From assembly GCA_048013815.1 (NCBI GenBank), contig CM106586.1, forward strand, positions 5,890,001-5,954,000: 64,000 bases of DNA, in the 5' to 3' direction. Numbering within the stretch: position 1 is the first letter of the stretch; each line of letters begins with the position of its first letter. Positions 28,564 to 37,680 of the stretch are shown here, in pieces. Made by a program: the position numbers and the translations under genes. Below the pieces are notes generated by a model. That model was not told the DNA's origin and did no database searches. It worked only from the letters and a program-made list of their open reading frames with translations. This DNA is from Setoptus koraiensis. Taxonomy: Eukaryota; Animalia; Arthropoda.

Positions 28564-31500
28564 TCGGCCGATTACGTGCCCGTTACAATATTCATACTTG
28601 ATGGTGAACAGTTAATAGTTACGCAATTAATGCATACGTTTGCCCATTCATGTTTGCAAACGCCAGCAAGCCAACACGTTGCCGTGTATGTGTGATTGTC
28701 ATTTTTGGTGTCGTTTAATTATCGCAAATTATTACTCGCACTCATTACAACGAGTACGAGCGCCAACAACGAAACGCGGTGTCGCCGTTGAGTGACGGGC
28801 CGTGATTGAGTTGCTCTCACACAGCGCCCATGCTCACGACAATGCCCACACAACAACACTAACCGTTAGTGACTAACGAGCCAACGCGAGCTAATGCGAC
28901 AAGTGGCCAGCACAAACAGTCAGAAATTCACTGCTGTTTGTCAGTCAATTTGCACGCTCACAGCAGCGAGCGACATTGCAAACATGCCGCTTTGATAATC
29001 AAATTGATCAATGACCAATACAAATCACGACAAACCCACGAGCTGGCCAGCGCGGCCAATCCAACAATGTCAACAAAGTCAATAAGGCCAATAGAGTCAA
29101 CAAAGTCAATGGAGTCAACAAAGTCGATGGAGTCGCTGGAGCGTGACACCGTGATCGCCGGCTACCGTTTAATAAACGGCGTTTATGCGCCCGATAATCG
29201 ATTGTGCGATCCATGTATCGCTACCGGATGAAGTTTAGCCCACAAATGAATGTGTGAATTTATGGGATAAATTGGCGAGTGGCGCAACAAAAGTGGCGCC
29301 ACTTGGCCGGCATCATTAGCATAACGATGCACGCATTGCATAATTTGTCCAGTTGCTGGGCCGGCCAGCGGACAGGTGCGCTGATAGATCAGATACAAAT
29401 AGATCAGATCCGATCTGATCTGATCTGATCTATTTGTTTGTTTGTTTGTTTGTTTGGGATTGGATCGTTGCTGACAAACGAGCAAGAGTGTGTTGCATCA
29501 TACAAACAATGCACAAAACAATTGCTGCTGCTGCTGGTGCAGTGTTAATGCAATAACCTGTCGGTGCCGTTGCGACCGACTGTCGGACAGGTGAAACGAG
29601 CAACGCCGATGGTTGCAGCTTGCAGTGGTCGCACGCCGACCAGTGTCGCTGTCGGGCATGCCGAGTCGGCTGCTGGCCGTTCTCTGCTGGCCGTTCGCTG
29701 CTGACCGCTCGCTGCTCAGCGTTCGCCGTTCGAAAGTGGCCGTTCGAAGCCCGAACTTGGAAGCGATAGAGTTCGGAAACGAGCGGCGCCGATAATTGAG
29801 AGCGCAGCGCTCGCGGCTCCGGCCAATCCTAGCCAGTGCGTGCGTGTGTGTGTGTGTGCAAACAACAGGTGCCGTGCAACGATTGCGAGCGGCGTGTAAT
29901 AGGCGCATCCGAACTCTGGACTGCGGCGGCAACAATTGCGCAATAGCAGTAATTGGCGCAAGCGCGATGGCAAATGATAATAATTAGCGTTGTCGGTCAG
30001 CGGCAACAGCGGCAACAACGCCAACAACAACAGCAACGCCAACAACAACAGCAACGCCAACAACAACAGCAACGCCAACAACAACAGCAACGACAACAAC
30101 AACAATGCCAACAACATCGGCAGCGTGCCCATTGCGGCTCCGTGTCTTTGGTGGACTGTGCACAATCTATACAATGCGCAGTCTGCAGCGCAAGCGTTGC
30201 CTGCCGGTCGAGCGGAAAAATGTCTATTTTTCAGCTATTATCCTGCGCATATCACAGGATCGGGTATTACGTAACACCAGAGCCAGTGCGTTTGCGGCAG
30301 CAGCAACAATGGCAACAACAACGCCAACAACAACGCCAACAACAATGTTGCCAAAACTGGCCGCCACCCTGGCCAGTGTGGCCAGTGGCGCCGTTGCCGC
30401 CAGCGCGGACCCTAAACGATGCTGCGATGCGGATGCTGGCGCGCTTCTTCTCTTTCGCAATCATCCCTTCTCGAGATCATCCCTTCTCGAGATCATCCCT
30501 TCTCGAAATCATGCCAGTTCGAGAGTGTGGCGAGCATCTGCGAGCAATGCGTCCACTGTTTGTGAGCAAAGTGGCTCAAGGCTCGATGGCCGCGATTAGC
30601 CGCGCGCCGCGAATGAACGCGAACAAGTTGCACGCACATCTAATTATTTACCTTGATCTGGCCAGCTTCTGCTTCGGTTCGTCTGGATGCAGCTGCCGCT
30701 TCTTTTTCGGGCGATATCTCCGTTGCTTGTTTGCCGAATAATTGTTAGTGGCCGGCGAATGTCGAAGGCTCGCAGTGCCAAGTTCGAGCTGGCCACTGGA
30801 AGTGACCAGGTAAACGGATCAGAGCCGCATCAGCCACTGGCCAGTGTCCATGGCCGTGCCACACAATCCATGGCGGCCGTACAATATACGGCTCATAGTA
30901 TACGGCTCATAGTATACGGCGTATTGTGCGGCGCAGAGCCAGAAGAATGGGAGCAGCAATTGTGAGTGTGTGAGAAAGCGTGATTGACCTCGTGGCGTAA
31001 TGCAACCATTGCATGCCGCATAATCACCCAATCAGCTAGTTATACGGTCTTATGCGGCCTTATATCCGCCTCGACATCGCCGAGTCGGGATGCCGGCCCC
31101 AACGCTGCCGAGTCAACAGCGACAACCGACAGCCACAACCGACAGCGACAAACGCAACAAACGGCGACGGAGCAAACGAAACAATGAAGAACGAAATGTC
31201 TCTCCAGTGCCGTGATTTGCTGTTTTGTGCGCTCGTTGGCCGGCCTGACGTGACGGCCGGCAGTGCAGAAAATCGCCAACACTGGCGATGATGTGTTTGT
31301 GTGTCCCAAATTAATTGTGTTGCAACAATGTAACACAAACAGGATGCCAACGACAACCACAATCGCCGCTATCAACTCGACGGTATCAAGTGGCCTAAAC
31401 GACCGCCAAAACGGTGGCCTAAATAAACAAACACCGGTGGTCCGCTTGCGAATTGTGCGAATATCTCAATGCGCCAACAAATGCAACAAGCAAATCCAAA

Positions 31501-31655
31501 CAGCAAATGTCTAAATGGCCCAATGATGCACATGCCGGCGGCAGCATGTCAGCGGCGGCTCCACCTTGCGCCGCAACCAACTCTTACGCAAGCTGACACT
31601 TTGTGAATGCGAAAACTTTTGTAAAATTTCTATTTGTAACACACAAATGGAAATG

Positions 31656-31693
<38 letters not shown>

Positions 31694-31767
31694 CGGGCTT
31701 GCACTTGTATCAATCACGGCCAATCATATAGCACACGTCGGCAACAATGCGCGTATCACATGACATG

Positions 31768-31826
31768 CCTATCATATGGCACCCGTTGCGCCAATGTCAA
31801 TGGCGCCACGGGTGCCATATGATAGG
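31768..31826. repeat. Near-perfect hairpin: 26-bp stem (1 mismatch), 7-nt loop
   Basis: CCTATCATATGGCACCCGTTGCGCCA / ATGTCAA / TGGCGCCACGGGTGCCATATGATAGG. Confidence 0.9.
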
Positions 31827-32119
31827 GGTCCACTCACAACAGTTGTCCACTGTTACCTGTTGGGCGCTTGTTTGGGTGTCGAGCAAAATGTCGCTGCCAT
31901 GCAACTGACCGACGAGCCCAATTGTGGCGACTAGACACTTGACACCTCACAACAAACTTTTGTTCGTTCCGCAAGCTTGCCGGTCACATTATTCGCGTTC
32001 CGCATTGTTGATTTGTTATTTATGAGATGCCACAATACGATTCACTATTTATGCGATGCTACAATATGACGATTTGTTAATTATATCATACAATGCCAAT
32101 ACAATCTGTCGTTACTTAC

Positions 32120-32579
32120 CGATCGTGTCGATGATGTAGCCCGGGGGCGCTCGCAACAGTCCCAGTGACCAGTGGCGCCTCAAACATTCCAACTGGCTCA
32201 GCTGGCCGGACAATAATAGCCACGTTGGGTACAGATAGCCGGCGAATTTTATGTCGGACAGGGCGCTAGAAACTAAATGATTTGCTTTGTTGATCTCTGT
32301 CAGATCATTGTATAGTTTGAGCGCGGATGATTGTCTCAATTCGTAACTGTTGTCTTGATGCTGTTGTCTAATGGCGCTTGCTGTTGTTGCTGCGTTTGAC
32401 AATTGCGCCAATCGATGCTGATCGTTTGATTCTCTTGATTGTCGATGGCTGCACTGATTGGCGTCGGCCAAATAGTTATCATTTTTTGCACTGTTACTTG
32501 TATTAACTTGCTTGCTGTTCGTGCTGCCGCGATAGTCCACTGGCTTGAAACTTATAGCCAGACACTGATTGAGTATCAT
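32120..32579 (-). CDS. STOX1: Storkhead-box protein, first coding exon (conserved STOX N-terminal region)
   Basis: True ATG at 32579 (aaaATG). The C-terminal part KFAGYLYPTWLLLSGQLSQLECLRRHWSLGLLRAPPGYIIDTIG resembles the STOX1/ko segment ..GxLxPxxLLLSG....L...R..W....L(R/K)xP.G(F/Y)xI...G that precedes the winged helix. Strong donor G|GTAAGT. Confidence 0.82.
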
Positions 32580-33457
32580 TTTGGAGCAGTTTTGGGGCTG
32601 GTTTGTCGCGCAAATAACGATAATACCTCATTGGCTGGCTGGCTCACTCACTGATTGACTGGTGCAACAATAAACGCACTCGCAGCGATTACTGGTTGAT
32701 GTAATTAATTGATTTGCTTCAATTGAACAATCGATCAATTGCGTCGATGCGATCAGCAATTGTCGTCGAGGGCGCTACTCACTCACTTGTTGAGCACACA
32801 TCCTGCTTAAAGATTGACAATATCCTCTCACAATTAAAACCAATTGTCCATTTGAATTAGTTGTGGCAGCAATTGATTGTTGACCATAACAACAACTTGT
32901 TGGAATAAACTTGGCAAGACCACAAAATAGAGAGCGTCAGTTGATGCTGTTGTTGTTGTGCGAAGCGCATGCGCGCAGGTAACAACCAGGGAGGAGCTTG
33001 TATGAGCAATGGCAGCATGATGCAACAATAGCGACAGTTATATCATTACACACATTTGTGTGTGCATACTGGCAGGTGCAATCGTGAGTTGGATTGCAAG
33101 CAAAAAAAGAACAAAAATGAAAACATTCGATGGAACAGTGTGCCTTTGGCTGTGTATTTTTTAAACGATGCCAGCGCCTCTGGCGGATAATTTTCAAACC
33201 AGATGCACAAGCATTGGAAATTGCGCACACAGTACTAATAGAAGGAGCAGAAGAGAACATATGATTTGGAAAATAGAAGAATAATCAAAATATTGAAAGA
33301 AAAAGCAATGGAAATGAGAATTTATCATTAAAATAATACTACCAAACATGAACAAGATCATCAATATATTTATGCTAACTAATCAATTGTTTAAAAATTG
33401 TCATTTTTATAGTATATAATATAATTTAATATTAATTTAATTCAAATTTCACATAAG
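32580..33457. promoter_or_regulatory. Divergent (head-to-head) intergenic region between STOX and ING3; probable shared promoter/5'UTRs
   Basis: 878 nt between the two ATGs on opposite strands; strongly AT-rich from about 33240 to 33457. Transcription start sites not determined. Confidence 0.5.
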
Positions 33458-34483
33458 ATGATATTTCTAGATGATTATTTTGAGTCCATTGAATATGTAC
33501 CCATTGAGCTCAGACAAGGTTTTACATCCATACGGGAACTGGATTTGCAGGTTCACAATGCCATGGACTCGTTGGGAAAAAATTTTAAGGAATTCTTCGA
33601 TAAGGTACATACACTGACACCACAACAGAAACAAGACCAATACAGTAATTTGTTAGTTAAATGTGATGAAGTTATGACTGCCGCTAGCGACAAGGTACGT
33701 GTCGCAGATAGTCTACATGAACTAATTGAAAAATGTCGACGCCATTTAGACATTGGCCTGGAAAAGTTGCGCGAGGACCTCAAGGACGGCGATAAGGCCG
33801 ACATTATTGAAGAATTGGAGAGGCGATCTAAAGAGGAAGATGATCTTTATCAACAACAACAAGAACAAATGATTGCACAACAGAAACAACTGCAGAAACA
33901 ATTGCAACAGAAACAACAACAGCAATTAGCATTATCGCAAACCTCATCCAGAGCGCAAAATAACACTACAACAACGAAAAATACTACTAGCTATAAAAAT
34001 CTGCTGAAATCGTCACAATCGCTCAGGAAAGCCGATGCCAGACGACAATCGTGCCACCATATTATTACATCGTCAGGTGACAAACATACACTTGTTCGTC
34101 CGTCAATCAATAACAAACAAACCCCATCTAATCAATCTCAACTATTCAATTTAGAAACGGAAGTTACAAATGTTAATAAGCTAGCCATTGGTGACCAGCA
34201 GTTGTTGCGCAACTCGCAAAATACTTCTGTCACAAACTTGGAACAACAACAACAACAGCCATTAGGTCGCCAATCATCTCTGGCGTGCAATCGCGCAACA
34301 GCAGCAAATAATAATAATATAGACAGCGGCCCAGTAACAACGGAACAACAAAACAGCATACAACAGCAGATAACACCACAGTGTACGACCCCAATTGTGG
34401 TTGTTGGAAACAAAACAGGCGTCGATCCAGACCCCAGCAAAGTCTTCAGAGAACAGGTGGAGCCCGCGGTCACACAAGATTGG
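33458..34483 (+). CDS. ING3: Inhibitor of growth protein 3-like, exon 1: ING N-terminal helical domain, poly-Q, then a Rhes-derived segment
   Basis: MIFLDDYFESIEYVPIELRQGFTSIRELDLQVHNAMDSL...DKVRVADSLHELIEKCRRHLDIGLEKLREDL...IIEELERRS matches the ING3 N-terminus (MLYLEDYLEMIEQLPMDLRDRFTEMREMDLQVQNAMDQL...). Donor TGG|GTGAGT at 34484. Confidence 0.92.
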
Positions 34484-34762
34484 GTGAGTAGCTCGAACGC
34501 AAACACTCGTTCATTCTTTTGTTTGTCAATCTGCTCCAATTTCGCTCAAGTATATGAAAATCTAATCAAAATACTTTCCGTCTCACATACAAACAGGGTG
34601 TCTCTTTGGTTGATTGCCCAACCAAGGAAGACACAAACATCAATTTGGTCTTTCAGGAGTTGCAGGCTAGGGCACGCCAAAAATTAAGTGATATTGTCAT
34701 TAGCAACAATCAACAACGTAGACAATCTCTGCCAGGCCATGAGGTGCTATCCAATCAACATG
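34009..34762 (+). repeat. Left arm of a long inverted duplication (Rhes gene fragment copied into ING3)
   Basis: Reverse complement of 36541-37304. About 45 mismatches over about 626 aligned exonic nt (about 93%, hand count); includes a homologous intron. Confidence 0.97.
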
Positions 34763-35134
34763 CTTCCTCTAAAGCTTACATGATGAATAGTTCCATGATT
34801 CACGGGCAGACTAATCTGGTGCAAAATTCTCCATCATCGGCCGCCCACCTACATTGTCATGATCCTATTGTTGCTGCAGCATCTCAGGCAATAAATGCTA
34901 CTCAACAAATGCAACATGGACGCCGGACATCTAGCTTAAAGGCCAGTTACGCCGCCGTCAATTCAGGCGGCCTACAAAACATCTCAAGTGGATTGTTGGC
35001 ACCATCCCAACAGCAGTCACACCAACATCATCACAACCTCCAACAACAACAGAAAGATGGTAGCCCTAACACCAATAATCCCCTATCGACATTCAACTAT
35101 CATCCTTACAATCAAGAAACCTTAAATCATCAAG
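34597..35134 (+). CDS. ING3: ING3-like exon 2: Rhes-derived degenerate G5 segment, then the ING3 central motif
   Basis: Acceptor aaacAG|GGT at 34596 is phase 0 and in frame. Contains PIVAAASQAINATQQMQHGRRTSSLKASY, matching ING3 AAAQAVQATAQMKEGRRTSSLKASY. Donor G|GTAAAA at 35135. Confidence 0.82.
34761..34819 (+). repeat. 59-bp direct repeat, copy 1 (splice acceptor plus AYMMNSSMIHGQTNL)
   Basis: 53/59 identical to 35268-35326. Confidence 0.93.
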
Positions 35135-35267
35135 GTAAAACTGACCCCACAAAAGTTTCACCCAGTCTACTAGCTATTCATAATTTGGTCAAGTAGCTTA
35201 ATTTTTTTTTTCTTCATCTCTGAACTTTTTTACTGTATTCAATTTCAATACCATAAAATTCTTCGCC

Positions 35268-35326
35268 TGCTTCCGTTAAAGCTTACATGATGAATAGTTC
35301 TATGATTCATGGACAGACTAATTTGG
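35268..35326 (+). repeat. 59-bp direct repeat, copy 2 (functional acceptor of ING3 exon 3)
   Basis: 53/59 identical to 34761-34819. Confidence 0.93.
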
Positions 35327-35841
35327 AAAATAATAGAGTCCCACCGTTACACATATCACTCAAAGGACCCCGTGCCATTAAGAAGCTCAAACAGCAACAA
35401 GAAACGTCGCCCAATGGCGGAGTATACACTTTTGAAGATGTCGAAGGCGACTCGTCCTCTCATTCGCAATTATTTAGTTCCGCCCTTGGATCGCCCAGAA
35501 CACCTAAACAGACAACATTCGATGTGAGACAGCCAGTGTCAATGAATATGAATCATCATCTGATGGGAGACAATAATCAACGGATGATGATACACAACCA
35601 TCAAGGCAGCGGTGGAATAATAATGTACGACGGAGTTGGCGGCGGCAGTGGACTAATTCCATCTAATGAGGTATATTGTTATTGCAGAAAAATAGTGTTA
35701 GGTGCTGATATGATAGGTTGCGACAATCCAGATTGTTCAATTGAATGGTTTCATTATGAGTGTGTCGGGATAACAACGCCACCAGAGGGAAAATGGTATT
35801 GCGACGCCTGCAAAGCTGACCTGGCTTGTAGATCTCAATGA
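35282..35841 (+). CDS. ING3: ING3-like exon 3 with C-terminal PHD finger
   Basis: Acceptor ttaaAG|CT at 35281 is phase 1 and in frame. YCYCRKIVLGADMIGCDNPDCSIEWFHYECVGITTPPEGKWYCDAC is a C4HC3 ING-type PHD finger. Stop at 35841. The three exons total 2124 nt (707 aa). Confidence 0.9.
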
Positions 35842-36263
35842 GACGAGATGCAAAAACGACGAAGACTACTATCGATTGATTAATTGACTTGCGCGTTGCG
35901 CAAGATATGATTAGATTAAATACTATCAGTTCAGTTATTGAGTTAGCTTATACCACCATCATGACTAAATCTAACGCTGCTTCATATTGGTAGCCTCATT
36001 GAATTATGCCAAAACTGTATTACTATACTCTTGTTAGAGCTAATCAGCTCAGGTGAGACCAAGCGACAAACTGAGAAGAGCGAGCTGATTATACACGTCT
36101 ATCGAACCGTTAGTCATTTGATAAGCGTGTAGGTGTTATATGTACAATTTTAATTTTCTTTACAAACAAATCGACCGACCAATTACTAGTTATTGTAGTC
36201 AGTTGGTCACTCTTTTTTGACAACCATTACATTTGATATATACACTATCGTCTCGTCGTTTCT

Positions 36264-36269
36264 TTTATT
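36264..36269 (-). terminator. Candidate AATAAA polyadenylation signal of the Rhes-like gene
   Basis: TTTATT on the plus strand, about 165 nt downstream of the stop at 36434. Position only. Confidence 0.35.
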
Positions 36270-36433
36270 TGACGCAATTTGTTTTTACAGTAACAATATT
36301 GGTAACAATGTCGTCTTGTACTATTGTTGTCGCCCCGGGATTTGCTTTGTCATAACAGACAAAACATTGTGTACTGAAGAGCGATGCAAATTGATATTGG
36401 TGCCTCCATTCAATTAGGTAATTTGACTCCCAT

Positions 36434-36712
36434 TTAAGATATAACACAATTGTTTAGCTGATTAGCATTGGCGGCCGTCGTATCTTGCTTGTTGTTGTGT
36501 CTATTGCTGTTCAATAGGCTAATGTTTCTCAATCCTTTAACATGCTGATTGGATAGTACCTCATGACCAGGCAGAGATTGTCTACGTTGTTTATTATTGC
36601 TAATGACAATATCACTTAATTTTTGGGGCGCCCTAGCCTGCTTGAGCAACTCCTGAAAGACCAAATTGATGTTTGTGTCCTCTTTGGCTGAGCACTCAAC
36701 AAAAGAGACGCC
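36434..36712 (-). CDS. RASD2: Rhes/RASD-like small GTPase, last exon: G5 (ECSAK) and CAAX box (CVIS)
   Basis: Acceptor aaacAG|GGC at 36713. [26 protein letters not shown]...NNCVIS*. Confidence 0.9.
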   Translation of the reverse strand, partial: GVSFVECSAKEDTNINLVFQELLKQARAPQKLSDIVISNNKQRRQSLPGHEVLSNQHVKGLRNISLLNSNRHNNKQDTTAANANQLNNCVIS

Positions 36713-37304
36713 CTGTTTGCAGGTGAGTGGCAAGGTTTTAGTGTGTCAAGTAGGTAGTAGTTTAGTTAGATTTAGTTATTGGCTCGAGATAAATTGGAAC
36801 AAGTTGACAAAAAATGATCGATTGTTTGCATTTGAGCAACTCACCCAATCTTGTGTGACCACGGGCTCCACCTGTTCTCTGAAGACCTTGATGAGGTCCG
36901 GATCGACGTCTATTTTGTTTCCAACAACCACAATTGGCGTTGTTATCTGCTGTTGTATGCTGTTTTGTTGTTCCGTTGTTACTGGGCCGCTGTCTATATT
37001 ATTATTATTTGCTGCTGTTGTGCGATTGCACGCCAGAGATGATTGACGACCCAATGGCTGTTGTTGTTGTTCCAAATTTGTGACAGAAGTATTTTGCGAG
37101 TTGCGCAACAACTGCTGGTCACCAATGGCTAGCTTATTAACATTTGTAACTTCCGTTTCTAAATTGAATAGCTGAGATTGATTAGATGGGATGTGCTTGT
37201 TATTGATTGACGGATGAATAAGTGTTTGGTTGTCACCTGATGATGCAATTATATGGTGGCACGATTGTCGTCTGGCATCGGCGCTCCTAAGCGACGGCGA
37301 TGAT
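36541..37304 (-). repeat. Right arm (donor copy) of the long inverted duplication
   Basis: Matches 34009-34762 in inverted orientation. Confidence 0.97.
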
Positions 37305-37680
37305 GATGTCCGACGCGATTGATTTGACCTTGTTGTTTGTGAAATATTGTCGCTGTCGGCGGTTGATCGATTACTTCCGGTTGCCAGTTGTTGTTGTTGT
37401 TGTTGTTGTTGTTGCTGTTGTTGCTGCTGCTGCAGATACTGTTGCTGTTCCTTTTTTTCCTCTAATATTAATTCTCTTAATTGTTTCACTTCTTGCCAAG
37501 ATCGTGCATCTTGAACAGAGTATACTAATATAAAGGCGTCGCCCTTTTTAATAGACAATTTACGCATGGCAGGAAATTCAAAAGTGCCCGAAGTGTCCAA
37601 TATCTCGAGATATATCTCGCCCATACCGGGTATAATGTATTTGTTACTGTGCAGTTCCTCCACGGTGGGTTTGTGCGTGT
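36845..37680 (-). CDS. RASD2: Rhes/Dexras (RASD/Di-Ras family) small GTPase, internal exon: G2-G4 with an insertion of about 170 aa; 5' exon(s) not located
   Basis: Branch-like CTAAC and acceptor gcaacAG|AC at 37681. PTVEELH (G2), LEILDTSG (G3), [19 protein letters not shown] (RASD/DIRAS hallmark), [10 protein letters not shown] (G4). Donor TGG|GTGAGT at 36844. The exact paralogue name is tentative. Confidence 0.88.

Larger units (their letters stand above)
7393..32119 (-). other. STOX intron 1 (about 24.7 kb, GT-AG, phase 1)
   Basis: Donor ATC G|GTAAGT at 32119 and acceptor AG|GC at 7393 rebuild ...YIIDTI-G-DIKSIE..., matching the STOX junction ...(R/T)xxG-D(V/I).... Confidence 0.75.

Noticed and set aside
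30819-31031. ORF with GD...PRGQSRFL resembling STOX GDV...PITQSQFV
   Set aside because: No AG acceptor in the required phase and no downstream helix match; the domain aligns better at 7392-6998.
31959-31969. TTTGTTCGTTC resembling the 5' end of miR-375
   Set aside because: Only 11 nt match and no complementary arm for a precursor hairpin.
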